From contig OZ251997.1 in NCBI GenBank assembly GCA_965247095.1, forward strand, positions 4,000,001 to 4,064,000: a stretch of DNA of 64,000 bases. Direction: 5' to 3'. Source of the DNA: Candidatus Multivorans sp. Its GTDB lineage: Bacteria; Acidobacteriota; Thermoanaerobaculia; Multivoradales; Multivoraceae. Below are positions 1 to 11,579 of this stretch, piece by piece (positions within the stretch are counted from its first letter, which is position 1; each line of letters starts with the position of its first letter). The notes under the pieces are model-generated. The model was not told the DNA's origin. It made no database searches and saw only the letters and a list, made by a program, of their open reading frames with translations. The translations under genes and the position numbers were made by a program.

Positions 1-581
<581 letters not shown>

Positions 582-624
582 GCGGTTCAAGGTCGGTATT
601 CGAGGAAGGTTGGAATTCGAGAGA

Positions 625-942
625 ATGGTGAACGAGAAGATCCGTATCCGGCTCAAGGCCTTCGACTACCGCATACTCGATACGTCGACGCATGAGATCG
701 TCGACACCGCGCGGCGTAGCGGCGCGCGCGTGGTCGGGCCGATTCCGTTGCCGACGCACATTGCCCGCTACACGGTGAATCGCTCTCCGCATGTGGACAA
801 GAAGTCGCGGGAGCAGTTCGAGATCCGCACCCACAAGCGGTTGCTGGACATCTTCGAACCGACCAGCCAGACCGTCGACGCGCTGATGAAGCTCGAGCTT
901 CCGGCGGGCGTCGACGTCGAGATCAAGGCTTTTGGCAGTTGA
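625..942 (+). CDS. rpsJ: 30S ribosomal protein S10
   Basis: [30 protein letters not shown]; ATG at 625 preferred. Confidence 0.98.
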   Translation: MVNEKIRIRLKAFDYRILDTSTHEIVDTARRSGARVVGPIPLPTHIARYTVNRSPHVDKKSREQFEIRTHKRLLDIFEPTSQTVDALMKLELPAGVDVEIKAFGS

Positions 943-982
943 ACCGGCAGTTGAGCAGGCGAAGCGACGGGGGATTAGGACG

Positions 983-1627
983 GTGAGCGAAAGCAAGGGT
1001 CGTGCTAGGGGGTTACTCGGGCGCAAGATCGGCATGACGCAGATCTACGCCGAGGACGGCGCCGCGGTGCCGGTCACCGTCCTGGAGGTTGGCCCGTGCC
1101 GGGTCGTGCAACGAAAGACAGCGGAGTCCGACGGCTACGAGGCGGTGCAGATCGGCCTGGTCGAGAAGCGGCCGCCGAGGCGGGTCACCGAGGCGCGCCG
1201 GGGCCACTTCAAGAAGGCCGGGGTCGACGCGATGCGTCACTTGGTCGAGGTGCGGGTGGACGCGACGAACGAGTCGCAGCCTGGCGATGAGATCGGGATC
1301 TCGATCTTCGAGGTCGGCTCTCGTGTCGATGTGATCGGCAACGGCAAGGGGAAGGGATTCCAGGGTGTCATGCGCCGCCACGGTTTCAAGGGCGGCCGGG
1401 CCACTCACGGCTCGATGTTCCATCGCGCTCCGGGTTCGGTCGGGCAGTCGGCGAGTCCCTCGCGTGTCTTCCCGGGAATGAGGTTCCCGGGCCGGATGGG
1501 CGGCAAACGGGTGACGACGAAGAAGCTGAAGGTGGTCAAGGTGGATGTTGAAAACCGCCTTCTGTATCTGCGTGGCGCAGTTCCCGGCGGCCGCAACGGT
1601 CTGGTCATGGTTCGGAGTTCGGTCTGA
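983..1627 (+). CDS. rplC: 50S ribosomal protein L3
   Basis: GRKIGMTQ, KGKGFQGVMRRH, HRAPGS; GTG 983 is the likely start. Confidence 0.97.
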   Translation: MSESKGRARGLLGRKIGMTQIYAEDGAAVPVTVLEVGPCRVVQRKTAESDGYEAVQIGLVEKRPPRRVTEARRGHFKKAGVDAMRHLVEVRVDATNESQPGDEIGISIFEVGSRVDVIGNGKGKGFQGVMRRHGFKGGRATHGSMFHRAPGSVGQSASPSRVFPGMRFPGRMGGKRVTTKKLKVVKVDVENRLLYLRGAVPGGRNGLVMVRSSV

Positions 1628-2277
1628 TGCCAAAGGTCGCGATCAGGAGCCTCGACAACGAGGCGGTCGGCAGCCTTGAGCTGCCGGAAGAGGTGTTCAC
1701 CTACCCGTACAACGAGCATTTGATCCACCTGGCGGTGGTTTCGGTCCGGGCCGCGCAGCGGGCGGGTACGCACCAGGTCAAGGGCAGGCACGAAGTGCGG
1801 GGCTCCGGCGTCAAGCCGCACCGGCAGAAGGGCACGGGTCGAGCCCGCGCCGGCAGCATTCGCTCTCCGCTGCGACGCGGTGGCGGCGTCGTGCACGGAC
1901 CGCGTTCGCGCAGCCACCGCAACAAGCTGTCGCGGAACGAGAAGCGCAACGCGCTCAAGTCGGCACTCTCGCGCAAGCTGGCCGAGGAGCGGATCATGGT
2001 GGTGGACTCGCTTGATCTCGACAGCCACAAGACGGGCGCCTTCGCCGCGCGTCTGCGGGGCCTGGGGATCGAAGAGAAGATTCTGATCGTCGACGACCAC
2101 GGCAACCGGAACCTGATCCTGGCGTCCCGCAACCACCCGCAGATCAAGACTGTCGACGCCTTGGCTGTGAACGTCTACGACGTCGTCGATCGTGGCTACC
2201 TGCTGTTCAGCGAGACCGCGATCGGCCGCTTGTCCGCCGTGCTGCAGAAGCGGCGGAAGAACGGGAGTGGGTCATGA
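1627..2277 (+). CDS. rplD: 50S ribosomal protein L4
   Basis: KPHRQKGTGRARAGS, GGGVVHGP; operon position. Confidence 0.98.
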   Translation: MPKVAIRSLDNEAVGSLELPEEVFTYPYNEHLIHLAVVSVRAAQRAGTHQVKGRHEVRGSGVKPHRQKGTGRARAGSIRSPLRRGGGVVHGPRSRSHRNKLSRNEKRNALKSALSRKLAEERIMVVDSLDLDSHKTGAFAARLRGLGIEEKILIVDDHGNRNLILASRNHPQIKTVDALAVNVYDVVDRGYLLFSETAIGRLSAVLQKRRKNGSGS

Positions 2278-2561
2278 GAGTGCAGGAAATCCTGCGTCGG
2301 CCGCTGATCACGGAGAAGTCGACCGGACTCCGTGACGATCGGAACATCGTCGCCTTCGTCGTCGATTCCCGGGCCAACAAGATCGAGGTCCGGCGCGCGG
2401 TGGAGACCCAGTTCCAGGGTGTCAAGGTGGCGGAGGTCCGGATCGTGAACATGCACGGCAAGGTCCGCCGCCAGGGCCGCTTCGTCGGCCGGCGCCCCGA
2501 TTGGAAGAAAGCATACGTACGGCTGGCCGAGGGCCAGATCGATCTCTTCGACAACGTGTAG
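2274..2561 (+). CDS. rplW: 50S ribosomal protein L23
   Basis: PLITEKS, ANKIEV, WKKAYVRL. Confidence 0.98.
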   Translation: MRVQEILRRPLITEKSTGLRDDRNIVAFVVDSRANKIEVRRAVETQFQGVKVAEVRIVNMHGKVRRQGRFVGRRPDWKKAYVRLAEGQIDLFDNV

Positions 2562-2576
2562 CGAGAGCCAAAAAGA

Positions 2577-3407
2577 ATGGCGATCAAGAAACTCAAACCG
2601 ACAAATCCGGCCAGCCGCTTCCAGGAGTACGCACGGCGGGAAGAGGTCACGACCGACAAGCCGCACAAGGCCCTCGTCGAGGGCAAGAAGCGGATCAGCG
2701 GCCGCAACAACAAGGGCAGGCAGACGATCTGGTTCCGGGGCGGCGGCCACAAGCGGCGCTACCGGCGGATCGACTTCCGGCGCGACAAGATCGGCGTGCC
2801 CGCAAAGGTGGCCACGATCGAGTACGACCCGAACCGGAGCGCGCTGATCTCCCTGCTGCACTACACCGACGGCGAGAAACGCTACATCCTCCATCCCCAG
2901 GGCTTGGAGGTAGGCGCGGTGGTCCAGTCAGGCGAAGGCTCCGAGATCGATGTCGGCAACTGCCTGCCGATCCGGTTCATCCCCCTGGGCACGATGATCC
3001 ACAACATCGAACTGAAGATCGGCGGCGGCGGGCAGATGGTGCGCAGCGCCGGCACGGGCGCCCAGTTGATGGCCAAGGAGGGCGTCTACGCTCAGGTCCG
3101 CCTCCCCTCGGGGGAGGTCCGCCGGGTTCACATCGACTGTTCCGCCACGATCGGCCAGGTCAGCAACTCGGAGCACTCGAACATCGCGCTTGGGAAGGCC
3201 GGTCGCAACCGTTGGCGGGGCCGCCGGCCGCACAACCGCGGTGTGTCGATGAATCCGGTCGACCATCCGATGGGCGGCGGCGAGGGTAAGGCCTCCGGCG
3301 GACGGCATCCGACCACGCCCTGGGGCAAGCCCACCAAGGGTTACAAGACACGGAGAAACAAGCGCACGAGCGGCATGATCGTACGGCGGCGGAGCCGCCG
3401 TAAGTAG
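2577..3407 (+). CDS. rplB: 50S ribosomal protein L2
   Basis: [27 protein letters not shown]. Confidence 0.99.
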   Translation: MAIKKLKPTNPASRFQEYARREEVTTDKPHKALVEGKKRISGRNNKGRQTIWFRGGGHKRRYRRIDFRRDKIGVPAKVATIEYDPNRSALISLLHYTDGEKRYILHPQGLEVGAVVQSGEGSEIDVGNCLPIRFIPLGTMIHNIELKIGGGGQMVRSAGTGAQLMAKEGVYAQVRLPSGEVRRVHIDCSATIGQVSNSEHSNIALGKAGRNRWRGRRPHNRGVSMNPVDHPMGGGEGKASGGRHPTTPWGKPTKGYKTRRNKRTSGMIVRRRSRRK

Positions 3408-3437
3408 GGCCGGCGAGAGCACGAAACTGAGGTCAGC

Positions 3438-3725
3438 ATGGGACGTTCACTCAAGAAGGGTTTCTTCATCGACAGCCACCTTTACGACAAGGTGACCGCG
3501 ATGAATACGAGCCACGACCGGAGGGTCATCAAGACCTGGTCGCGCCGGTCCACGATCATTCCGGACATGGTGGGTCACACCATCGCTGTTCACAACGGCA
3601 TGAAGTTCATTCCGGTCTTCGTTAGCGAGAACATGGTCGGTCACAAGCTCGGCGAGTTCGCTCAGACGCGGACTTTCCGCGGCCATGCCGGCGGCAAGAG
3701 GGAGCGCCGGGCTCGTCCCCGGTAG
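3438..3725 (+). CDS. rpsS: 30S ribosomal protein S19
   Basis: [21 protein letters not shown]. Confidence 0.99.
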   Translation: MGRSLKKGFFIDSHLYDKVTAMNTSHDRRVIKTWSRRSTIIPDMVGHTIAVHNGMKFIPVFVSENMVGHKLGEFAQTRTFRGHAGGKRERRARPR

Positions 3726-3746
3726 TTAGAGAGAGAGAACAGAACG

Positions 3747-4115
3747 ATGGAAGCAATCGCCCGACTCAGGTACCTCCAGGCGTCGCCCCAGAAGGTGCGC
3801 CTGGTGGCGGACCTGATCCGCGGCCGGGATGTCGAGGAAGCCTCGGCGCTGCTGCAATTGAGCACCAAGGCGGCCGCACGGCCGGTCTCCAAGTTGCTGC
3901 GGTCAGCGGTCGCCAACGCCGAGAACCGCGCCGAGAACCAGCAGAGGGGGGTCGACGTGGGGCAGCTCTACGTCAAGGAGATCTTCGTGGACGGTGGTCC
4001 GACGCTGAAGCGTCTGCGCCCGCAGGCCATGGGCCGTGCGTTCCGCATCCTCAAGCGGCAGAGCCACGTAACGATCAAGCTTGATTCCCGCAGTCTGTCG
4101 GCAGAGCCAACGTAG
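3747..4115 (+). CDS. rplV: 50S ribosomal protein L22
   Basis: [27 protein letters not shown]. Confidence 0.98.
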   Translation: MEAIARLRYLQASPQKVRLVADLIRGRDVEEASALLQLSTKAAARPVSKLLRSAVANAENRAENQQRGVDVGQLYVKEIFVDGGPTLKRLRPQAMGRAFRILKRQSHVTIKLDSRSLSAEPT

Positions 4116-4123
4116 GAGCGATC

Positions 4124-4774
4124 ATGGGTCAGAAGACACATCCTTACGGTTTTCGTTTGGTCTACAACCAGGGCTGGCATTCGCGCTGGTACGCCGAACG
4201 GGACTACGCCAGCACCCTGAAATCGGATATCGAGTTGCGGACCGGTCTGAAGAAGCGCTTGATGCACGCCGGTGTGAGCCAGATCGACATCGACCGCGCC
4301 GCGGACAAGCTGCGCGTCACGATCTACACCTCGCGCCCCGGCATCATCATCGGCCGCAAGGGCGCGGAAGTGGACAAGCTGCGCGACGACCTGAGCCGGC
4401 AGATGGGGCGGGAAGTCCACATCAACATCCAGGAGATCCAGCGTCCGGAGCTCGATGCCCAGCTTGTGGCCGAGGCGATCACGGGACAACTTCTCCGCCG
4501 GGTTGCCTTTCGCCGGGCTATGAAGAAGGCGATGGAATCGGCCTTCCGTTTTGGTGCAAAGGGTGTCAAGATCATGGTTTCGGGTCGGCTCGGCGGCAAC
4601 GAGATCGCTCGTACCGAGTGGTACCAGGAAGGGCGGTTGCCGCTGCACACCCTGAAGGCCGACATCGACTATGGCTTCGCCGAGGCCTACACGACCTACG
4701 GCGTGATCGGGGTCAAAGTCTGGGTTTACCGCGGCGATCTTTCGCGGGAGCGCGGCCGCCGCGCGGTGGCGTAG
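4124..4774 (+). CDS. rpsC: 30S ribosomal protein S3
   Basis: [36 protein letters not shown]. Confidence 0.99.
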   Translation: MGQKTHPYGFRLVYNQGWHSRWYAERDYASTLKSDIELRTGLKKRLMHAGVSQIDIDRAADKLRVTIYTSRPGIIIGRKGAEVDKLRDDLSRQMGREVHINIQEIQRPELDAQLVAEAITGQLLRRVAFRRAMKKAMESAFRFGAKGVKIMVSGRLGGNEIARTEWYQEGRLPLHTLKADIDYGFAEAYTTYGVIGVKVWVYRGDLSRERGRRAVA

Positions 4775-4814
4775 GCGCGGCTGGACGCAAGGGGAGTCGA
4801 GGGAGTAACGAACG

Positions 4815-5234
4815 ATGTTGATGCCGAAGAAGGTCAAGTTCCGCAAGCATCACCGCGGCCGCCGCAGAGGTCTGGCCAAGGGCGGCAATGTGGTGGCGTT
4901 CGGCGAGTACGGCCTGCAGGCGCAGGAGGCCGGCTGGGTCACGGCTCGTCAGATCGAGGCCGCGCGAATCGCGATTACCCGCCACATCAAGCGAACCGGC
5001 AAGGTCTGGATCCGCGTCTTTCCGGACAAGCCGATCACCAAGAAGCCTCTCGAAACCAGGATGGGCAAGGGCAAGGGCAATCCCGAGGAGTGGGTTGCGG
5101 TCGTTCGTCCCGCCCGCATCCTCTACGAGCTCGAGGGCGTGTCGCCGGAGTTGGCGAAGTCGGCGATGAGGCTGGCTTCCCACAAGCTCGGTATCAAGAC
5201 CCGCTTCGTCGGGCGCCACGGCGCACAGGTTTGA
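4815..5234 (+). CDS. rplP: 50S ribosomal protein L16
   Basis: [18 protein letters not shown]. Confidence 0.99.
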   Translation: MLMPKKVKFRKHHRGRRRGLAKGGNVVAFGEYGLQAQEAGWVTARQIEAARIAITRHIKRTGKVWIRVFPDKPITKKPLETRMGKGKGNPEEWVAVVRPARILYELEGVSPELAKSAMRLASHKLGIKTRFVGRHGAQV

Positions 5235-5247
5235 GGCCCCGAAGACG

Positions 5248-5445
5248 ATGAAGGCAAGCGAACTCAGGGAGCTGACCGTCGACGAGTTGCGGCAGAAGGA
5301 GGAGGAACTGGCCGACCAGTTGTTCGCCCTGCGGCTGCAGAAGTCGATTGGCCAACTGGAGAAGCCGAGCAGGATCAGACAAGCCCGGGTCGAGTTGGCG
5401 CGGGTCCTTACCGTCAGGCGGGAGAGAGCGACAGGAACGACATGA
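5248..5445 (+). CDS. rpmC: 50S ribosomal protein L29
   Basis: MKASELRE...LFALR...ARVLT; position. Confidence 0.96.
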   Translation: MKASELRELTVDELRQKEEELADQLFALRLQKSIGQLEKPSRIRQARVELARVLTVRRERATGTT

Positions 5446-5717
5446 ACGTGGATCAGCAAGAAGCGCGGGGCCGCCGCCAGGCTCGGGTGGGCAAGGTGGT
5501 CAGCGCCAAGATGGACAAGACAGTCATCGTGGCGGTCGAGAAGACGGTCATGCACCGGCTCTACCACCGCCTGATGAAGAAGTCGTCGCGGTTCGTGGCT
5601 CACGACGAATCGAACGACTGCCGTGAGGGAGACGTCGTTTCCCTCGTCTCGACCCGACCGATGTCGCGCCGCAAGCGCTGGCGCGTGCAACGAATCGTCA
5701 AGCGCGCGGAAGGGTAG
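5442..5717 (+). CDS. rpsQ: 30S ribosomal protein S17
   Basis: [25 protein letters not shown]. Confidence 0.98.
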   Translation: MNVDQQEARGRRQARVGKVVSAKMDKTVIVAVEKTVMHRLYHRLMKKSSRFVAHDESNDCREGDVVSLVSTRPMSRRKRWRVQRIVKRAEG

Positions 5718-5725
5718 GTGCGACG

Positions 5726-6094
5726 ATGATCCAGATGGGAACGGTGCTCGAGGTCGCCGACAACTCGGGGGCCAAGCGAATCGCCTGCATCAAACTGCGG
5801 GGCGGTTCCTCCGGCCAGTACGGGGTGCTGGGTGACGTGATCACCGCCTCGGTCAAGGAGGCGGTGCCCGAAGGCACGGTCAAGAAGGGCCAGGTCGTGC
5901 GCGCGGTGATCGTGCGGACCCGCAAGGAGCGGCGCCGCCGCGACGGGAGCTACATCCGCTTCGACAACAACGCCGCGGTGCTGATCAACGAAGCGCGGGA
6001 GCCGATCGGGACCCGCGTCTTCGGTCCGGTCGCCCGCGAGCTGCGCGAGCGGCGCTTCATGCGCATCGTGTCCTTGGCGCCGGAGGTGATCTGA
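5726..6094 (+). CDS. rplN: 50S ribosomal protein L14
   Basis: [22 protein letters not shown]. Confidence 0.99.
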   Translation: MIQMGTVLEVADNSGAKRIACIKLRGGSSGQYGVLGDVITASVKEAVPEGTVKKGQVVRAVIVRTRKERRRRDGSYIRFDNNAAVLINEAREPIGTRVFGPVARELRERRFMRIVSLAPEVI

Positions 6095-6095
6095 C

Positions 6096-6434
6096 ATGCC
6101 CAAATCTGACAGTCACAAGGTGAAGATCAAGAAGGGCGACGAGGTGCTCGTCATCGCGGGCCGGAACCGCGGCGTGCGCAGCAAGGTGTTGCGGGTGCTT
6201 CCCTCCGGGAATCGCGCCATCGTCGAACGCGTGAATCTGGTCAAGAAGCACGAGCGGCCGAACCCGCAGCGTCAGGTTCAGGGAGGCATCCTGGAGCGGG
6301 AGGCGCCCATCCACATCTCGAATCTCAAGGTGATCTGCCCGGACACCGACAAGCCGACGCGCGTCGGCAAGCGGCGTCTCGAGGACGGAAGGTCGGCGCG
6401 CTACGCCAAGGTCAGCGGCGCGGTGCTGAGTTGA
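6096..6434 (+). CDS. rplX: 50S ribosomal protein L24
   Basis: [14 protein letters not shown] motif, EAPIHISN. Confidence 0.98.
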   Translation: MPKSDSHKVKIKKGDEVLVIAGRNRGVRSKVLRVLPSGNRAIVERVNLVKKHERPNPQRQVQGGILEREAPIHISNLKVICPDTDKPTRVGKRRLEDGRSARYAKVSGAVLS

Positions 6435-6451
6435 GGCTGTGACCTGAAGGA

Positions 6452-7000
6452 ATGACCATGATTCCCCGACTGAAGACTCTCTACCAGGAGGAGGTCGTCG
6501 CCAGCCTGCAGCAGGAGTTCGGCATCTCCAACCCGATGGCGGTGCCACGGCTGGACAAGATCGTTCTCAACATGGGCATCGGCGAAGCGATCCAGAACAT
6601 CAAGATCCTGGAGAACGCCGTTCCCGAGCTGGCCCTGATCGCCGGTCAGCAGCCGGTCATCACCCGTGCCCGCAAGTCGATCGCTGCATTCAAGTTGCGT
6701 GAGGGCATGCCGATCGGTTGCAGGGTCACACTGCGCCGCAACCGGATGTGGCACTTTCTCGATCGCCTGGTCACCGTCGCGCTGCCGCGAGTCCGCGACT
6801 TCCGCGGCATCTCGAACCGGAGCTTCGATGGTCGGGGTAGTTACACCCTGGGTGTCCGGGACCACCTGATCTTCCCCGAAGTCGACTACTCGAAGAGCGA
6901 CGGTTCCAAGGGCATCAACGTCACCCTCGTCACCTCGGCGGAGTCCGACGCGCAGGCACTGCACCTGCTGCGCGGTCTCGGCATGCCGTTCGCGACCTGA
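6452..7000 (+). CDS. rplE: 50S ribosomal protein L5
   Basis: [31 protein letters not shown]. Confidence 0.99.
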   Translation: MTMIPRLKTLYQEEVVASLQQEFGISNPMAVPRLDKIVLNMGIGEAIQNIKILENAVPELALIAGQQPVITRARKSIAAFKLREGMPIGCRVTLRRNRMWHFLDRLVTVALPRVRDFRGISNRSFDGRGSYTLGVRDHLIFPEVDYSKSDGSKGINVTLVTSAESDAQALHLLRGLGMPFAT

Positions 7001-7040
7001 GCTTCTCCGTGCGCGAACTCTCAACCAAGGACTGCCACCG

Positions 7041-7439
7041 ATGACCATGACCGACCCCATCGCGGATCTGCTGACCACGATTCGCAACGCCCTGATCGTC
7101 AAGCACGACCAGACCGAGACGCCGTCCTCGAGCCTGAAGATCGCGTTGTGCCGCGTGCTGCGGGACCAGGGCTACATCAGCCACTACGAGGTCTACGATT
7201 CGCCTCCGGGCAGGACGCTCCGGATCTTCCTGGCTTATGACGGCCAGGGGGTGCCGACGATCACCAAGGTGCGGAAGATCAGCAAGCCCGGGCGTAGGGT
7301 GTACCGTGGCGCCGACGATCTGAAGCCGGTTCTGAACGGATTGGGCGTTGCGATCCTGTCGACGTCGAAGGGTCTGCTCACGGATGCCCAGGCGCGGCAG
7401 CAGCGTGTGGGTGGTGAGGTCCTCTGTGAAGTGTACTGA
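7041..7439 (+). CDS. rpsH: 30S ribosomal protein S8
   Basis: MTDPIADLLT.IRNA, SKPGRRVY, STSKG. Confidence 0.99.
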   Translation: MTMTDPIADLLTTIRNALIVKHDQTETPSSSLKIALCRVLRDQGYISHYEVYDSPPGRTLRIFLAYDGQGVPTITKVRKISKPGRRVYRGADDLKPVLNGLGVAILSTSKGLLTDAQARQQRVGGEVLCEVY

Positions 7440-7459
7440 GACGCACGAGGTGTACTGAG

Positions 7460-8002
7460 ATGTCACGCATAGGAAAGGCGCCGATCCCGCTGCCGGAGAA
7501 GACGAAGGTGGCGACAAGCGGCGGTACAGTGACCATCGAGGGTCCGAAGGGAAAGCTGGAGCAGCCGCTCCAGCAGGGTATCGAGGTCCGGGTGGAGGAC
7601 GGCGTCGTCACGCTGCACCGTTCCGGCTCGAGCGGACCGGAACGGGCCCTGCACGGGCTGGCCCGGGCGCTGATCGCAAACGCTGTCGTGGGTGTCACCG
7701 AGGGCTTCCGGCGAGAGCTGGAGATCGTCGGCGTTGGCTACCGGGGAGAGGTCAAGGGGCGCGAAATTCACCTGGCGCTGGGGTACTCCCACCCCGTGGT
7801 CTACCCGATCCCGGATGGGATCGACGTTTCGATCGACGACCGGTCGAACCGGATCGCGGTCTCCGGCATCGACAAGCAGCAGGTCGGGCAGGTAGCGGCC
7901 GACCTCCGCAGCCTGCGCAAGCCGGATGCGTACAAGGGCAAGGGCATTCGTTACCGCGACGAGGTCATCCGGCTCAAGGTCGGCAAGGCGGCGGCGGTCT
8001 AG
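7460..8002 (+). CDS. rplF: 50S ribosomal protein L6
   Basis: [28 protein letters not shown]. Confidence 0.99.
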   Translation: MSRIGKAPIPLPEKTKVATSGGTVTIEGPKGKLEQPLQQGIEVRVEDGVVTLHRSGSSGPERALHGLARALIANAVVGVTEGFRRELEIVGVGYRGEVKGREIHLALGYSHPVVYPIPDGIDVSIDDRSNRIAVSGIDKQQVGQVAADLRSLRKPDAYKGKGIRYRDEVIRLKVGKAAAV

Positions 8003-8042
8003 ACGGTTTGGAACGAGTTCGGAAAACAGGGACATCGAGGCA

Positions 8043-8429
8043 ATGAGCGACCTGCGCAGAAAGAGAACGTTGGATCGGAGCCGCCGGCGGCGCCGCGCGC
8101 GCTACCGCGTCCGGAAGAAGCTCCGGGGCTCACAGGAGAGACCGCGTCTGGCGGTCCACAAGAGCCGCCGTCACATCTACGCTCAACTGATCGATGATCG
8201 GGTGGGGCACACCCTGGCGTTTGCGAGCTCGCTCGAGCCGGAACTCTGCGGGGAGCTCGAAGGCTCGACCGGGAGTTGCAGCGCAGCGCAGGCGGTGGGC
8301 GAGGCGCTTGCGGCGCGCGCCAGGGAGCGGGGCGTGCAAACGGTGGTCTTCGACCGCGGCGGGTTCCTGTACCACGGCCGGATCCGGGCGCTTGCGGACA
8401 GTGCGCGCGCCGGAGGCTTAAAGTTCTGA
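8043..8429 (+). CDS. rplR: 50S ribosomal protein L18
   Basis: [28 protein letters not shown]; ATG 8043. Confidence 0.98.
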   Translation: MSDLRRKRTLDRSRRRRRARYRVRKKLRGSQERPRLAVHKSRRHIYAQLIDDRVGHTLAFASSLEPELCGELEGSTGSCSAAQAVGEALAARARERGVQTVVFDRGGFLYHGRIRALADSARAGGLKF

Positions 8430-8456
8430 TGCAGCAGAGCAACGAAGGAGACAGCA

Positions 8457-9020
8457 GTGGCTAGGGACATCGATCTCGACAGCGAGTTCTTCGAGCAGGT
8501 TGTCGACATCAACCGGGTGACGAAGGTCGTCAAGGGCGGCAAGAACTTTTCCTTTACCGCCCTGGTTGTGATCGGCGACGGCGCCGGCCGCGTCGGCTAC
8601 GGCTCGGGCAAGGCGAAGGAGGTTCCGGCCGCGATTCGCAAGGGGATTCAGATCGCGAAGCGGAACCTGGTACGGGTGCCGCTCTCTGGAACCACGATCC
8701 CGCACGAGACGGTGGGTGTGTTCGGCGCCGGTCGGGTGATGTTGAAGCCGGCCTCTGAAGGAACCGGCGTCATCGCCGGCGGCCCGGTGCGCGCGGTGGT
8801 CGAGGGCGCCGGCATTCAGGACATACTGACCAAGTCGCTGGGGACGACGAACCCGCAGAACGTGGTCAAGGCGACCTTCGCCGGGCTCATGTCCCTGCGC
8901 AGCGAGAAGCAGATCAGGACATTGCGTGGCTTGGACTCGCTGGACGGCGCGTCGATCAACACAGATCAGGGAGGAAGAGGTAGTGGCTGGCAGGACGATA
9001 CGGATACAGCAGGTGCGTAG
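8457..9020 (+). CDS. rpsE: 30S ribosomal protein S5
   Basis: [24 protein letters not shown]; tail overlaps rpmD by 38 nt. Confidence 0.98.
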   Translation: MARDIDLDSEFFEQVVDINRVTKVVKGGKNFSFTALVVIGDGAGRVGYGSGKAKEVPAAIRKGIQIAKRNLVRVPLSGTTIPHETVGVFGAGRVMLKPASEGTGVIAGGPVRAVVEGAGIQDILTKSLGTTNPQNVVKATFAGLMSLRSEKQIRTLRGLDSLDGASINTDQGGRGSGWQDDTDTAGA

Positions 9021-9180
9021 CCCGATCGGCAGGCCGAGACCGCAGCGCGAGGTTCTGCGCGGTCTTGGCTTGAGGCGAATTCGCCACATCGTCGAGCGGG
9101 AGGACTCCCAGGCGGTGCGCGGCATGGTGCGGAAGATTCCCCACCTGGTTCGGATTCTGGGGGGCACCGAGGAGGACTGA
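8983..9180 (+). CDS. rpmD: 50S ribosomal protein L30
   Basis: [23 protein letters not shown]; GTG after GAGG. Confidence 0.95.
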   Translation: MAGRTIRIQQVRSPIGRPRPQREVLRGLGLRRIRHIVEREDSQAVRGMVRKIPHLVRILGGTEED

Positions 9181-9181
9181 G

Positions 9182-9616
9182 ATGAAACTGCACGAACTCA
9201 AACCGGCGCCGGGAAGCCGCCGTGCGCGCAAACGGGTCGGCCGTGGACCGGGCTCCGGTACCGGCAAGACCGCCGGGCGAGGCCACAAGGGCCAGCGCTC
9301 GCGGGCGGGCTTTTCCCGTCGCGCCGGCTTCGAGGGCGGCCAGATGCCCCTCGTGCGGCGCGTCCCGAAGCGCGGGTTCACCAACATCTTCCGGACCGAG
9401 TACACGGTGATCAACGTCGGAGACCTGGACGGTCTCGGCGATGTGATCGACGGGGACCTCCTCGTTTCTCACGGCCGTGTGCGTCGGGGCATGAAACTGA
9501 AGGTTCTGGGCGCTGGCGATGCGCCGGCCGGGTTGACCGTCCGGGCGCACCGCTTCAGCGCGTCCGCGCGCGCCAAGATCGAGGCCGCCGGCGGCGCCTG
9601 CGAAGAGACCGCCTGA
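9182..9616 (+). CDS. rplO: 50S ribosomal protein L15
   Basis: [27 protein letters not shown]. Confidence 0.99.
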   Translation: MKLHELKPAPGSRRARKRVGRGPGSGTGKTAGRGHKGQRSRAGFSRRAGFEGGQMPLVRRVPKRGFTNIFRTEYTVINVGDLDGLGDVIDGDLLVSHGRVRRGMKLKVLGAGDAPAGLTVRAHRFSASARAKIEAAGGACEETA

Positions 9617-9628
9617 CGGAGCTGGCAC

Positions 9629-11014
9629 GTGGGCGTCGAGAGTTTCCGCAACATCTTTGCGATTCCGGATCTCCGGAAGCGGGTGTTGTTCGTGTTCGGC
9701 CTGCTGGCGGTCTACCGCATCGGCTGCATCATTCCGACGCCGGGGATCGACCCTCAGGCTCTGCTCGAGTTCATGGACCAGATGCAGGGCACCGTGCTGG
9801 GGTTCGTCAACACGTTCACCGGCGGCAGCCTTGGCCGGGTGGCCATCTTCGCTCTCGGCATCATGCCGTACATCTCGGCGTCCATCATTCTGCAACTGCT
9901 GACAGTGGTCTGGCCCTACCTCGAGAAGCTCTCGAAGGAAGGCGAGATGGGCCGGCGGAAGATCACCCAGTACACGCGGTACGGAACGGTGATCATCTCG
10001 ATCATTCAGGGCACGAGCATCGCCTTCTTCCTGGAGAACCTGAGCTCGTTGGGAGGCGCGCCGCTGGTCTTCAACCCGGGCCTCGGGTTCAAGTTCATGA
10101 CCGTGCTCTCGCTGACCACGGGCTGCGCGTTCGTGATGTGGCTGGGCGAGCAGATCAGCGAGCGCGGCATCGGCAACGGCATCTCCCTGGTCATCTTCGC
10201 CGGCATCGTCGTGGGTCTGCCGGGCGCCGTCCTGACGCTCTTCAGTCAAATGCAGAGCGGCGCCATGTCCTTGCTCAAGATCCTCTTCCTGTCGGCGTTC
10301 ATGCTGGTGGTCGTCGCCTTCATCGTCTACATGGAGCGAGCGCAGCGGCGCATTCCGGTGCAGTACGCCAAGCGGATCGTCGGCCGGCGGCAGTACGGCG
10401 GGCAGAGCACCTACCTGCCCCTGCGTGTGAACACCGGCGGCGTGATCCCGGTCATCTTCGCGAGTTCGGTGGTCACCGTGCCGGCGACGGTGGCGGGCAT
10501 GATCCAGTACGAACCGATCCAGCGCATCGCCACCGCGCTGCAGTGGGGTCAGCCGGTCTACTACCTGCTCTACGTGGCGGCGATCATCTTCTTCTCGTAC
10601 TTCTACGTCTCGATCATCTTCAACCCGAACGATCTCGCCGAGAACATGCGCAAGTACGGCGGGTTCATTCCGGGCATCCGTTCCGGCAAGCGCACTTCGG
10701 AGTACATCGACAGGGTCCTGACCCGGCTGACCCTGGTCGGCTCCTTGTATCTGGCAGGCGTTTCGGTGTTGCCGGAGTTCCTGATCGCCGGCTTCAAGGT
10801 CGGGGGGCTTCCCTTCGTTGGCGCGACCCTGGACCGGGTGGCGCCGCTCTGGTTGACCGAGGGCATGGGGATCAACTTCTACTTCGGCGGCACGTCGCTC
10901 CTGATCGTCGTCAGCGTGGCCATGGACACGCTGCAACAGATCGAGAGCCAGCTCGTGATGCGCAACTACGAGGGCTTCATGAAGCGGGGCCGGATCCGAG
11001 GCCGCCGTGGCTGA
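9629..11014 (+). CDS. secY: Preprotein translocase subunit SecY
   Basis: IFALGIMPYISASII, GIGNGISL, GGTSLLIVV; multiple TM segments. Confidence 0.99.
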   Translation: MGVESFRNIFAIPDLRKRVLFVFGLLAVYRIGCIIPTPGIDPQALLEFMDQMQGTVLGFVNTFTGGSLGRVAIFALGIMPYISASIILQLLTVVWPYLEKLSKEGEMGRRKITQYTRYGTVIISIIQGTSIAFFLENLSSLGGAPLVFNPGLGFKFMTVLSLTTGCAFVMWLGEQISERGIGNGISLVIFAGIVVGLPGAVLTLFSQMQSGAMSLLKILFLSAFMLVVVAFIVYMERAQRRIPVQYAKRIVGRRQYGGQSTYLPLRVNTGGVIPVIFASSVVTVPATVAGMIQYEPIQRIATALQWGQPVYYLLYVAAIIFFSYFYVSIIFNPNDLAENMRKYGGFIPGIRSGKRTSEYIDRVLTRLTLVGSLYLAGVSVLPEFLIAGFKVGGLPFVGATLDRVAPLWLTEGMGINFYFGGTSLLIVVSVAMDTLQQIESQLVMRNYEGFMKRGRIRGRRG

Positions 11015-11579
11015 TCCTTTTCGCATTGTGCTGCTCGGAGCTCCCGGTTGCGGCAAGGGCACCCAGGCCGAGTGTCTTTCGGCGAGTCTCGGTGTGCCGG
11101 CCATCTCGACCGGCGAGATGCTGCGGGCCGCGGTCGCCGCGGGCAGCGAGCTGGGACGGCGTGTCGAGGGTGTGATGGCCTCGGGCGCTCTGGTCGACGA
11201 CGATCTGATGGCCGAGGTGGTTCGCGACCGGCTGGCTCAGGCCGATACGGCCGCGGGTTTCCTGCTCGACGGCTATCCGCGCACCGCGCCCCAGGCCGAC
11301 ACACTGGACGAGATCCTGGGCGCCGGGGCACTGGATCACGTGGTGACGATCGACGTGCCGGACGAGGTTCTCGTTCGACGTTCCGTGCTGCGCGGCCGCG
11401 GCGACGACGACCGCGAAGAGGTCGTGCGCGAACGGCTGCAGGTCTACGCCGCGCAGACCGAGCCCCTGATCGCTCACTACGAGGGCCTGGGGCTGCTGCG
11501 CCGTGTCGGCGGCAACGTCCCCATCGAACAGGTCACGACCGCGATCGAGGCGGCGCTGGCGCAGGGGAGAGCCGCCTGA
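11007..11579 (+). CDS. adk: Adenylate kinase (short, LID-less type)
   Basis: GAPGCGKGTQ P-loop, STGEMLR, LDGYPRT. Confidence 0.97.
   Translation: MADPFRIVLLGAPGCGKGTQAECLSASLGVPAISTGEMLRAAVAAGSELGRRVEGVMASGALVDDDLMAEVVRDRLAQADTAAGFLLDGYPRTAPQADTLDEILGAGALDHVVTIDVPDEVLVRRSVLRGRGDDDREEVVRERLQVYAAQTEPLIAHYEGLGLLRRVGGNVPIEQVTTAIEAALAQGRAA

Noticed and set aside
8966-11104. Long antisense ORFs (712 aa here; also 24233-26212, 49611-52166, 60241-62844)
   Set aside because: Expected shadows of high-GC3 genes on the opposite strand; no recognizable domains.
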